A stretch of 64,000 nt of DNA from a virus: the IMG/VR virus record IMGVR_UViG_3300024996_000004; one strand, given 5' to 3'. How positions within the stretch are numbered: the first letter of the stretch is position 1; each line of letters opens with the position of its first letter. Below are positions 20,403 through 28,880 of the stretch, in pieces. The translations under genes and the position numbers were made by a program. Below the pieces are notes generated by a model. That model did no database searches and was not told the DNA's origin. It worked only from the letters and a program-made list of their open reading frames with translations.

Positions 20403-20572
20403 TTTATAGTTTTCAATGCAATACCAAAAAATGTTCAAATTATCATAAAATTGAAGATAGATTAATCAGAATGGATGATGTCGATAAACAAACATGTAAA
20501 GATTGTGGTAAATTAATGGATCAAGTTGATACATTTTGTACATCGTTTATTCTAAAAGGAAAATTTCACTAA
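20399..20572 (+). CDS. FmdB-family zinc-ribbon protein (57 aa, not in the ORF track)
   Basis: MIYSFQCNTKKC...CKDCGKLM...FILKGKFH. Translationally coupled on both sides (ATGA and TAATG). Confidence 0.7.
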   Translation: MIYSFQCNTKKCSNYHKIEDRLIRMDDVDKQTCKDCGKLMDQVDTFCTSFILKGKFH

Positions 20573-20958
20573 TGGAATATAGAACTAGAAAATTAATCAA
20601 ACACGAAGATTTGAATCCTAGTGGAACACTATTTGGTGGCCGAGCATTAGAAATGTGTGATGAAGAGATGGCAATATTCGTATCATGTGTTTTAAATAAT
20701 CCTAAGCATGTTGTTACAAAGTTTATGAGTGCAATCAATTTTAAAGCACCCGCACATTTAGGAGATATTATTGAAATTGGAACCAATTTAATAAAATTCG
20801 GAACTACATCAGTAACAATATCATGTTCATTACGAAACAAAACTACTTTACAAGAAATTTTAACTATTGATGAATGTGTATTTGTAAATTTGGATGAAAA
20901 TGGTAAACCATTAGCACATGGATATGGTCAACATTCAATTCAAAATGAAATTTTTTAA
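20572..20958 (+). CDS. Acyl-CoA thioesterase (HotDog fold, YciA-like)
   Basis: DLNPSGTLFGGRALEMCDE, INFKAPAHLGDIIE and FVNLDENGKP motifs. The ATG at 20572 is preferred. Confidence 0.85.
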   Translation: MEYRTRKLIKHEDLNPSGTLFGGRALEMCDEEMAIFVSCVLNNPKHVVTKFMSAINFKAPAHLGDIIEIGTNLIKFGTTSVTISCSLRNKTTLQEILTIDECVFVNLDENGKPLAHGYGQHSIQNEIF

Positions 20959-20964
20959 ATTAAT

Positions 20965-21489
20965 ATGAAACTTTATTATACCGGAGTCGGCTCAAGAACT
21001 ATTCCAATTGATGTTGCACATCAAATGACACATATTGCACATATACTACAGGAAATGTATACATTACGATCTGGAGCAGCATCAGGTTCGGATGAGAGTT
21101 TTGAATTAGGATGCACAAATAATAATAAGGAAATATACATTCCATGGAAAGGATTTAATCATAATGACTCAAAGCTTTATTATCAATCTGATATAGCATT
21201 TGATATAGCATCACAATATCATCCGAATTGGAAAAATTTAAAAGACTCTGTTAAGAAACTACATGCTAGAAATGTTCATCAAGTTCTTGGATTAGATTGT
21301 TCAACGCCATCATCTTTTTTAATTTGTTATACACAAGATGGATGTGAAAGTCATAAATCTAGAACTAGAAATACAGGTGGAACAGGACAAGCTATATCAA
21401 TAGCATCAGAACATGGAATAGAAATAATAAACATGAAAAACTTATTATGGAAAGAACGATTTGAAGATATTACGGGTATAATTATATGA
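20965..21489 (+). CDS. SLOG-superfamily protein (DprA/Smf- or YspA-like)
   Basis: YTGVGSR, LRSGAASGSDESFE, YIPWKGFN, RNVHQVLG and TGGTGQAI motifs. Confidence 0.7.
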   Translation: MKLYYTGVGSRTIPIDVAHQMTHIAHILQEMYTLRSGAASGSDESFELGCTNNNKEIYIPWKGFNHNDSKLYYQSDIAFDIASQYHPNWKNLKDSVKKLHARNVHQVLGLDCSTPSSFLICYTQDGCESHKSRTRNTGGTGQAISIASEHGIEIINMKNLLWKERFEDITGIII

Positions 21490-22055
21490 AGAAACATTAT
21501 GACGAAATGATGAAACGATATGATGAAGTAATGAAATGTTTTGACCACATCATGAACATGTTTCCAAAAATTACAACAAATTTTATTTTTGATTCATTTA
21601 AAAAAATTGAAAAGAATGAAAAAATTGACAAAGGAAAGGTAAAACAAGTAATTATCATTAGAAAAGATTTGAACATGACTAAAGGGAAAATGTGTGCTCA
21701 AACAAGTCATGCAAGTTTAGGTGTTATTTTGAATTTAATGGAAAATAAAACCAAATCATCAGATATAGGAAATCCCAACAAATTCTTTAAACAAAAGATA
21801 TTGACATATTCTAATGACAGTGCATTGGACATATGGCTTAATGATAAATTTACTAAAATATGTGTCTATGTTAATTCTGAACAAGAATTATTAGATTTAC
21901 AAAAACGTGCTGAAAAAGCTGGTCTTATAAATTGTTTAATAAAAGATGCAGGAGATACTATGTTTCACGGTGTTCCTACTTTCACAACTCTAGCAATAGG
22001 TCCAGCATATTCATCAGAAATCGACCCGATTACGAAAAGTTTACCATTGCTTTAA
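21486..22055 (+). CDS. pth2: Peptidyl-tRNA hydrolase, PTH2 family
   Basis: KQVIIIRKDLNMTKGKMCAQTSHAS, KICVYVNSEQEL, IKDAGDT and TLAIGP motifs. Confidence 0.9.
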   Translation: MKKHYDEMMKRYDEVMKCFDHIMNMFPKITTNFIFDSFKKIEKNEKIDKGKVKQVIIIRKDLNMTKGKMCAQTSHASLGVILNLMENKTKSSDIGNPNKFFKQKILTYSNDSALDIWLNDKFTKICVYVNSEQELLDLQKRAEKAGLINCLIKDAGDTMFHGVPTFTTLAIGPAYSSEIDPITKSLPLL

Positions 22056-22063
22056 ATATATTG

Positions 22064-22110
22064 TATAAATAAATTTAAAGCTTGACAGTTGTAAGAATTA
22101 CAGTAATAAT
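22064..22110 (+). promoter_or_regulatory. Tandem late (TATAAATA 22064-22071) and sigma70 (TTGACA 22082-22087) promoters
   Basis: Both lie upstream of the prkA operon. Confidence 0.55.
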
Positions 22111-22142
22111 GTATTCAAATATTAACGAGGCTATATATCACT

Positions 22143-25046
22143 ATGTCAACATTAGCAAATAATTTCAAAGATTCATTCTTATCAAAGAAACAAGAAGAAT
22201 ATTCAATCGAAGAATATTTGGAGTTATGTAAAACTAATAAAGATTATTATGCCAATGCTGCTGAACGTATGTTAAAGGCTATTGGAGAACCAATTCTAGT
22301 AGACACTGCTAATGATTCTAGATTATCTCGCATTTTTTCTAATCGTAAAATAAAAGTTTATCCAGCTTTCAAAGATTTTTATGGTATGGAAGATGTAATA
22401 GAGAACATTGTAAATCATTTTAAACATGCTGCGCAAAATCTTGAAGAATCTAAACAAATTCTCTATCTTCTTGGTCCTGTTGGCGGTGGTAAATCTAGCT
22501 TGGCTGAAAAATTGAAAAAATTGATGGAAAAAGAACCTATATACGTCCTTAAAGCTAATAATCAATTATCACCCATTTTCGAATCTCCATTGGGACTATT
22601 TTTCGAAGATAAATATGCAGATATATTAGAAGAAAAATATAACATTCCTAAGCGATATTTGAAAGTAACTGCATCTCCATGGGCCATTAAACGTCTAAAT
22701 GAATTTGATGGAGATTTATCAAAGTTCTCTGTAGTTAAAATATATCCATCTATTCTCAATCAAATTGCTGTCTCTAAAGCTGAACCGGGTGATGATAATA
22801 ATTCAGATATTGCCGTGCTTGTAGGTTCAGTTAATATTAATAAACTTCAAAAATATGGAGAAGATGATCCCGATGCTTATGGATTTACTGGATCATTGAA
22901 TATTGCTACTCAAGGCATTATGGAGTTCGTTGAAATGTTCAAAGCTCCGTTGAAGATGTTGAATCCATTATTAACAGCTACTCAAGAGCGTAATTACAAT
23001 GGTACAAGACGTTTCGGAGCTATTCCATTCCAAGGTGTAATCTTGAGTCATTGTTTTAGTGATGATACCGAATTATTAACAAAACAAGGATGGTTAACTC
23101 ATGATAAAATCGATAGCAATACTGAATTAGCTACATTGAATACTGATACAAATATTATTGAATTTCAAAAACCATTGAATGAATATAAGCAACATTATTC
23201 AGGTAAGATGATTCATTTTTCATCTAATTCAATGGATCATTTGGTAACTCCTAACCATAAAATGGTTTATCATACTCAATTTAATGATACTTGGAATCGT
23301 GTAACTGCGGACGAATATGGTGAAACTGGTAAAATAGTCGCAGTGAGTGGAATTACTAATATTCCCGATTATGATATTTCCGATGAAATGTTACGATTAA
23401 TTGTATGGACTGTAACTGATGGCACATTGCAAGGAAACAAAATTCGTTGGCATTTAGGCAAAGATCGAAAGATTGAGCGTTTAACTCGATTACTTGACGA
23501 TATGCATATTGATTATCAATTAATAGATACTAGTTATGTAACTGTTGGAGGTCTTCATACTAAAAATATTGTTATTGAAAACTCTTTCAATTTAGATAAA
23601 TCTTTACCAGAATATTTCCATGAATTATCTTCAAGACAAGCACAAATTGTATTGGATGAATATTCTCATACTGATGGTACGAGAACTGCAACATCACGTT
23701 CAACAACAATTGGAATTGGAACATCATATGATTCGAAAGATGTTATTACACATTATCAGCTATCTTCAAACAAGATTGAAGATATTGATATGTTACAATA
23801 TCTATCGGTATTGTCAGGCAATAAAGCTGATTTAACTTCTCACACTAAAGGTAGATACACAGCGCAAAATTTCTTGTCTATTCGACTTGGTGTGACTGAA
23901 ACTCGTACCGATTATGCACGAAATGAGACTACTTATGATGGTTTGGTGTTTTGCTATGAAACTCCCAATCATACATTAATCGCTCGACGCAATGGTAAAG
24001 TCATTGTTACAGGAAATAGCAACGAGCAGGAATTTGACACATTCAAGAATAACAAAGCTAATGAAGCGTTTCTTGATCGTGTGAATTTAATTAATGTTCC
24101 ATATTGCTTAAGAGTAAGTGAAGAAGTCGAAATTTACAAGAAGCTCCTTAACAATTCTGAATTAAGTAATGCGCCAGTTGCTCCTAAAACATTAGAAATG
24201 TTAGCACAATTTTCTATTCTATCAAGATTATATGAACCAGAAAATTCAGAACTATTTCCAAAACTGTTATCTTATGACGGTGAGTATATTAAAGAAACTT
24301 ACCCAAGAGCTAAGACTTATAAAGAATATAAGGAACAAGCTGGTGTAAGAGAAGGCATGGATGGATTGTCTACACGATTCGCATATAAAATTCTAAGTAA
24401 AACTTTTAACTATGATACTGATGAAATCGCAGCCAATCCAATCCATCTTATGTATATCTTAGAGAAACAGATTATGCATGAATCTTTCTCTAAAGAAAAA
24501 GAAGAACGTCTAATCAATTTTATTGAAGCACATTTAAAAACTAAATATGCAGAATTCGTTGGTGAAGAATTACAAAAGGCTTACTTAGAATCATATAAGG
24601 ATTACGGACAAAATTTGTTCGATAATTATATAAAATATGCCGATTTCTGGATTCAAAATAATGATTATCGTGATCCTGATACAGGAACCATGATGAATCG
24701 AGATACATTGAATTCAGAGTTGGAGAAGATAGAGAAGGCTGCAAACATTTCCAATCCTAAAGATTTCCGCAATGAAATCGTAAACTTTGCATTACGTGTT
24801 AAAGCTGAAAATGGCGGAAAAAGTATTGATTGGACTTCTTACGAAAAACTGCGTAGAGTCATTGAAAAACGCATGTTCTCTCAAACCGAAGACATTTTGC
24901 CGATCATATCTTTTGGAACTAAAAAGTCATCTGATGATCAAACAAAACATCAAGATTTCGTTAATAGAATGCTTTCAAGAGGATATACTAATAAACAGGT
25001 TCAACTTATTGTTAATTGGTATATTCACTATTCCAAATCTAACTAA
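22143..25046 (+). CDS. prkA: PrkA/YeaG family AAA+ serine kinase, intein-containing
   Basis: GPVGGGKSSL Walker A, EFVEMFKAP, LNPLLTATQE, NEAFLDR and GLSTRF. About 645 aa after intein removal. Confidence 0.93.
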   Translation: MSTLANNFKDSFLSKKQEEYSIEEYLELCKTNKDYYANAAERMLKAIGEPILVDTANDSRLSRIFSNRKIKVYPAFKDFYGMEDVIENIVNHFKHAAQNLEESKQILYLLGPVGGGKSSLAEKLKKLMEKEPIYVLKANNQLSPIFESPLGLFFEDKYADILEEKYNIPKRYLKVTASPWAIKRLNEFDGDLSKFSVVKIYPSILNQIAVSKAEPGDDNNSDIAVLVGSVNINKLQKYGEDDPDAYGFTGSLNIATQGIMEFVEMFKAPLKMLNPLLTATQERNYNGTRRFGAIPFQGVILSHCFSDDTELLTKQGWLTHDKIDSNTELATLNTDTNIIEFQKPLNEYKQHYSGKMIHFSSNSMDHLVTPNHKMVYHTQFNDTWNRVTADEYGETGKIVAVSGITNIPDYDISDEMLRLIVWTVTDGTLQGNKIRWHLGKDRKIERLTRLLDDMHIDYQLIDTSYVTVGGLHTKNIVIENSFNLDKSLPEYFHELSSRQAQIVLDEYSHTDGTRTATSRSTTIGIGTSYDSKDVITHYQLSSNKIEDIDMLQYLSVLSGNKADLTSHTKGRYTAQNFLSIRLGVTETRTDYARNETTYDGLVFCYETPNHTLIARRNGKVIVTGNSNEQEFDTFKNNKANEAFLDRVNLINVPYCLRVSEEVEIYKKLLNNSELSNAPVAPKTLEMLAQFSILSRLYEPENSELFPKLLSYDGEYIKETYPRAKTYKEYKEQAGVREGMDGLSTRFAYKILSKTFNYDTDEIAANPIHLMYILEKQIMHESFSKEKEERLINFIEAHLKTKYAEFVGEELQKAYLESYKDYGQNLFDNYIKYADFWIQNNDYRDPDTGTMMNRDTLNSELEKIEKAANISNPKDFRNEIVNFALRVKAENGGKSIDWTSYEKLRRVIEKRMFSQTEDILPIISFGTKKSSDDQTKHQDFVNRMLSRGYTNKQVQLIVNWYIHYSKSN
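23052..24017 (+). mobile_element. Intein (322 aa) with degenerate LAGLIDADG endonuclease
   Basis: Starts CFSDDTELLT, contains the block B motif LVTPNHKM, LAGLIDADG-like LIVWTVTDG and EYSHTDG, and ends RRNGKVIVTGN followed by Ser. It splits the conserved PrkA H-SNE motif. Confidence 0.92.
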
Positions 25047-25058
25047 TGGTAACTATTG

Positions 25059-26381
25059 ATGCCTATTATTATTGATAGAACTAAGGAGAGTAAGAATAAA
25101 AGCTCTCCTAATCGTGACAAATTTATAAAGCGTGCAAAAAATAACATTAAAAAGTCTATCAAAAAATATATTACTGATGAGGCTGATATTAAGTCGATTT
25201 CCAATGGAAAGGACAAACGTGTACGAGTTTCTAATAAATCATTAGATGAACCTCAAATTGTTCATTCCCCACATAATGTTCGTAAACATGTATATGTTGG
25301 CAACAAAAATTATGTGGCTGGTGATGAAATTGAAAAAGATAATGAAGAGTCGTCTAGTAGTGGTTCGGGTCCGGGCGAACTTATGAATGATGATTTTTAC
25401 TTCACATTATCTCATGAAGAATTTTTGCAATTATTTTTTGATGATCTGGAATTACCCGATTTAATAAAAAAACAACTGATCAGTGAAGAAGATTTTCAAA
25501 CTAAGCCTGCTGGATTTACAGCAGATGGCCCACCATCGCGATTAGACTTATTGCGGACAATGAAGAACTCATTAAAGAGAAAATATTCGATTTTTGGTTC
25601 TATTGAAGAAGAATTAGAAAAATATTATAAACAATTAGAAGAAACTGAATCCGAAGAAGATAAACTCATTATTCAATTAAAAATTGATGATTTATTGAAG
25701 CAGAAAAACAATATTCCATTTATTCAAGATTTGGATTTAAGATATAGAAAAACTGAAATTGTACCTATTCCAGTAACTCGCGCAGTCATGTTCTGTTTGA
25801 TGGATGTCAGCGGAAGTATGTCAGAATGGCATAAAGAAATGGCTAAACGATTTTTCATGATTTTGTATCTATTTCTGACTAAACAATATGAACATGTTGA
25901 TATCGTATTCGTAAAACATCATCATGAAGCCTTTGAGGTTGATGAAGATAATTTCTTCTATTCTCCCGAAAGTGGAGGCACTATTGTATCTTCGGGATTA
26001 GACATGATTAATACAATTATTAATGAAAGGTTTAATAAACCATATTATAATGTATACATTTCACATTGTAGTGATGGAGATTCATGGCGCGATGATGATG
26101 AGGCCGTGATTACTAATATGAGAAAATTATTGAATAAAACACAATATTATGCTTATATAGATATTGATAGAAAAGATGGACATGAGAACCCTATATATGC
26201 ATTGTTTGGAGTGAAAAATACAAACACAACGGATGAAGATTCCGATTTAATAAAAATTTTCACAAAAATTAAAGAAGATTTCCCTAAAAAACTTTCCGAA
26301 AAATTACAATTAAGACATATTACAGATGCTTCACATATCTATGATGTATTCCGAAGCTTGTTTGAGAAGAAATTATCATGA
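25059..26381 (+). CDS. yeaH: YeaH/YhbH (DUF444) vWA-domain protein
   Basis: IIDR..NKS..NR.KF, FFDDLELP, DLDLRY, AVMFCLMDVSGSM (MIDAS), ESGGTIVSS and SDGD motifs. Confidence 0.92.
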   Translation: MPIIIDRTKESKNKSSPNRDKFIKRAKNNIKKSIKKYITDEADIKSISNGKDKRVRVSNKSLDEPQIVHSPHNVRKHVYVGNKNYVAGDEIEKDNEESSSSGSGPGELMNDDFYFTLSHEEFLQLFFDDLELPDLIKKQLISEEDFQTKPAGFTADGPPSRLDLLRTMKNSLKRKYSIFGSIEEELEKYYKQLEETESEEDKLIIQLKIDDLLKQKNNIPFIQDLDLRYRKTEIVPIPVTRAVMFCLMDVSGSMSEWHKEMAKRFFMILYLFLTKQYEHVDIVFVKHHHEAFEVDEDNFFYSPESGGTIVSSGLDMINTIINERFNKPYYNVYISHCSDGDSWRDDDEAVITNMRKLLNKTQYYAYIDIDRKDGHENPIYALFGVKNTNTTDEDSDLIKIFTKIKEDFPKKLSEKLQLRHITDASHIYDVFRSLFEKKLS

Positions 26382-27889
26382 CAGAAAAACTAAGAACAAC
26401 AGGTGATTGGACATACGAATTATTATCTCAATATTACAATGAAATAGAAATCATTGCAAAAGATGAATTGGGATTAGATGTGTATCCCAATCAATTAGAA
26501 GTCATTTCATCACAACAAATGTTAGATGCTTACAGCACGCATGCCATGCCTGTTATGTATAATCATTGGCGTTTCGGTAAATCTTTTGTTCAAAATCAAA
26601 CTGCATACGACAAAGGTCATATGAATTTGGCTTATGAAATAGTGTCGAATACTAACCCATGCATTTCATATCTTATGGATGAAAATAGTATCATGATGAT
26701 GGCGCTTGTTATTGCACATGCTGGATTTGGTCATAATTACTTTTTCAAGAATAATTATCTTTTCCAAGAATGGACAGACGCATCATCTATTGTAGATTAT
26801 TTGCTTTTTGCAAAGAAATATGTAACATATTGCGAAGAAAAATATGGCGCGGAAGAAGTCGAACAATTTTTAGATGCTTGTCATGCTTTAGAATTGTATG
26901 GTGTTGATAAGTACAAAAGAAGTAGAAGTTCCATTAAGCTTAATGAACATGAAAAAAAGCTTGAATCCATGATGTTCAACGCTAAAAATTATGATGATGT
27001 TATAAGTTCTACAGTACCCAAAAAACAATCTGATCCTAAAACAGACGAACATGAAAGTAAGTTTGCAAATTTTGAAAATATGGAACCTGAAGAAAATTTG
27101 CTATATTTCTTAGAAAAGAAAGCGCCATATTTGGAAGAATGGCAACGAGAGATTATTAGAATAGTACGTAAAGTTTCACAATATTTCATGCCACAACGAA
27201 GCACTCAATTAGGTAATGAAGGATTTGCTGTCATGGTGCATTATTATATCATGAACAGATTATACGAAAAAGGAATAGTCGATGAAGGATTTTGGTTAGA
27301 ATTTTTAGAATCACACACCGCCGTTATTGGTCAACCCGGTTACGATCATCCGTATTATGGTAGAATTGGCATTAATGTTTACGCTTTAGGGTTTGCAATA
27401 TACATGGATATCAAACGTATATGCATGGAACCGACCGATGAAGATAAAGAATATTTTCCATGGGCAGGAAATGGTAATTGGATAGAAACCATTAAAAAAG
27501 CAGCAAAAAATTATAGAGATGAAAGTTTTATTCAACAATTCTTATCTCCTAAAGTTGTTCGTGATTTTAAAATGTTTAGTATCCTAGATGATCCTGACGA
27601 AGATGTCATCAAAATTACCAACATTCACAATAGAGAAGGTTTCTTAGCTATACGTGATGCTTTAGCTAAAATGTATGATATTTCTGAAAGATTACCCAAT
27701 CTTCAAGTCTACAAAGTAGATGTGGAGACTAGAACTCTACAACTTAGACATATATCATCTCAAAATAAATATTTGGACGAGAATGAAACTGTTTCAGTAT
27801 TAGATCATCTTAGACATATATGGAATTTTGAAATTGAATTATCATCCATAGATGATGATGGTAATGTTTATGAAATATTTAACTGTTAA
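26378..27889 (+). CDS. spoVR: SpoVR/YcgB family protein
   Basis: YPNQLEVI, MPVMYNHWRFGK, AYEIVSN.NPCISYLM, AHAGFGHNYFFKNN and NEGFA motifs. Confidence 0.93.
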   Translation: MTEKLRTTGDWTYELLSQYYNEIEIIAKDELGLDVYPNQLEVISSQQMLDAYSTHAMPVMYNHWRFGKSFVQNQTAYDKGHMNLAYEIVSNTNPCISYLMDENSIMMMALVIAHAGFGHNYFFKNNYLFQEWTDASSIVDYLLFAKKYVTYCEEKYGAEEVEQFLDACHALELYGVDKYKRSRSSIKLNEHEKKLESMMFNAKNYDDVISSTVPKKQSDPKTDEHESKFANFENMEPEENLLYFLEKKAPYLEEWQREIIRIVRKVSQYFMPQRSTQLGNEGFAVMVHYYIMNRLYEKGIVDEGFWLEFLESHTAVIGQPGYDHPYYGRIGINVYALGFAIYMDIKRICMEPTDEDKEYFPWAGNGNWIETIKKAAKNYRDESFIQQFLSPKVVRDFKMFSILDDPDEDVIKITNIHNREGFLAIRDALAKMYDISERLPNLQVYKVDVETRTLQLRHISSQNKYLDENETVSVLDHLRHIWNFEIELSSIDDDGNVYEIFNC

Positions 27890-27916
27890 AAATGTGGTTA
27901 AAAATAATTTTATTTG

Positions 27917-27966
27917 TATAAATAGTTTTATGAAGTACTTGACAAACCAAATTTTCATGTTAAGCT
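27917..27966 (+). promoter_or_regulatory. Promoters of the tRNA array: TATAAATA (27917-27924) and TTGACA (27939-27944)...TG-T-TAAGCT (27961-27966)
   Basis: Both lie upstream of the leader peptide ORF. Confidence 0.6.
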
Positions 27967-27998
27967 TCTACCATATCGAAACACAACAGAGAAAAGCT

Positions 27999-28094
27999 AT
28001 GAACACAATTAATAATAATAAAAATTATGATCATAATATTGACTATAAATTTAGTCAAAGTGCTTCTTTGTCTATTGGAAAAGGTAACGAGTAA
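27999..28094 (+). CDS. Putative attenuator leader peptide (31 aa)
   Basis: MNTINNNKNYDHNIDYKFSQSASLSIGKGNE, with a purine-rich AGAGAAAAG upstream. It overlaps the antiterminator strand. Confidence 0.65.
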   Translation: MNTINNNKNYDHNIDYKFSQSASLSIGKGNE

Positions 28095-28149
28095 AATCAT
28101 AACCTAACCAGAAATTCAAAGAAGCTCGCGAAATGTGAGCTTTTTTATT
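28062..28149 (+). terminator. Attenuator: antiterminator (28062-28070 / 28117-28125) competing with a terminator (28122-28142 plus U-tract)
   Basis: GCTTCTTTG pairs with CAAAGAAGC (9 bp), with inner TGG/CCA and AGGT/ACCT pairs. Terminator is AAGCTCGC-GAAAT-GTGAGCTT-TTTTATT. The two structures share nt 28122-28125. Confidence 0.75.
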
Positions 28150-28194
28150 GTAATAAAATGATCTTTTAAAAATTTAAATAATATGAAAATATTT

Positions 28195-28278
28195 GGGCAA
28201 GCGGTGAAGTTGGAGAGTCACACCTGTCTGTAAAACAGGCGCTATGCTGAGTAGGTTCGATTCCTACCTTGCCCACCA
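28195..28278 (+). tRNA. tRNA-Tyr(GTA)
   Basis: Acceptor GGGCAAG/CTTGCCC, anticodon arm CCTGT-CTGTAAA-ACAGG, long variable arm, TTCGATT T-loop, encoded CCA. Confidence 0.92.
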
Positions 28279-28337
28279 TTTTTGGATATTTTATTCTATA
28301 TTAATAAAATATTCACAAAATAATGAGAATATTTTGG

Positions 28338-28414
28338 GGTAACTATGATGGAGTGGTATACATACTATGCTGTGAACATAGGTTTCGTCGGTTCGATTCC
28401 GACTAGCTACCCCA
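28338..28414 (+). tRNA. tRNA-His(GTG)
   Basis: G-1:C73 pair, anticodon arm CTATG-CTGTGAA-CATAG, T-arm GTCGG-TTCGATT-CCGAC, CCA. Confidence 0.9.
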
Positions 28415-28430
28415 AAGTATTCTTAATAAT

Positions 28431-28508
28431 GGTACATGAGGCTGCTAGGTGTGGCTGCTGACCTGTCACGTCAGAGATAGCTCGGTTCGAATCCGTGATG
28501 TACCGCCA
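28431..28508 (+). tRNA. tRNA-Asp(GTC)
   Basis: Acceptor GGTACAT/ATGTACC, G73, anticodon arm CTGAC-CTGTCAC-GTCAG, CCA. Confidence 0.9.
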
Positions 28509-28518
28509 ACCAATTTAT

Positions 28519-28593
28519 GGGATGATAACTGAGATGGATTAGGAAGGCACTGAAGATGCCTTGAGGTTGGATCGTTACCAACTCATCCCACCA
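28519..28593 (+). tRNA. tRNA-Phe(GAA)
   Basis: Acceptor GGGATGA/TCATCCC, anticodon arm AGGCA-CTGAAGA-TGCCT, atypical T-loop ATCGTTA, CCA. Confidence 0.85.
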
Positions 28594-28599
28594 ATTTAT

Positions 28600-28677
28600 G
28601 GATTCTAGCGCGAAGAGGTAAGCGACTCGACTTTTAATCGAACAGACTACCGGGTTCAAGCCCCGGAGAATCCACCA
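28600..28677 (+). tRNA. tRNA-Lys(TTT)
   Basis: Acceptor GGATTCT/AGAATCC, anticodon arm TCGA-CTTTTAA-TCGA, T-arm CCGGG-TTCAAGC-CCCGG, CCA. Confidence 0.88.
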
Positions 28678-28683
28678 AAATAT

Positions 28684-28757
28684 GCGTTTGTAGTTCAAAG
28701 GTAGAACGGGAGTCTGTTAAACTCTTGACGGTGGATCGATACCACCCTGACGCGCCA
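28684..28757 (+). tRNA. tRNA-Asn(GTT)
   Basis: Acceptor GCGTTTG/CTGACGC, G73, anticodon arm GGAGT-CTGTTAA-ACTCT, T-loop ATCGATA, CCA. Confidence 0.87.
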
Positions 28758-28771
28758 AACAAAGAAACAGC

Positions 28772-28846
28772 GGGTCACAAACTTTGATGATGAAGCCACG
28801 CCTCTTAAGCGTAGAGAATTCGGTTTGAATCCGAAGTGACCCACCA
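28772..28846 (+). tRNA. tRNA-Lys(CTT)
   Basis: Acceptor GGGTCAC/GTGACCC, anticodon arm ACGC-CTCTTAA-GCGT, T-arm TTCGG-TTTGAAT-CCGAA, CCA. Confidence 0.85.
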
Positions 28847-28851
28847 GATTA

Positions 28852-28880
28852 TTGACTAGGTTTTAAAAACATGTTAAGAT
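28852..28880 (+). promoter_or_regulatory. sigma70-type promoter TTGACT-17-TAAGAT with extended -10 TG
   Basis: Immediately after the tRNA array. Shares CATGTTAAG with the 27961 promoter. Confidence 0.6.

Noticed and set aside
27852-28094. 80-aa ORF as called in the track
   Set aside because: Its 5' part overlaps the spoVR end and the promoter region. The plausible translated unit is the 31-codon leader from ATG 27999.
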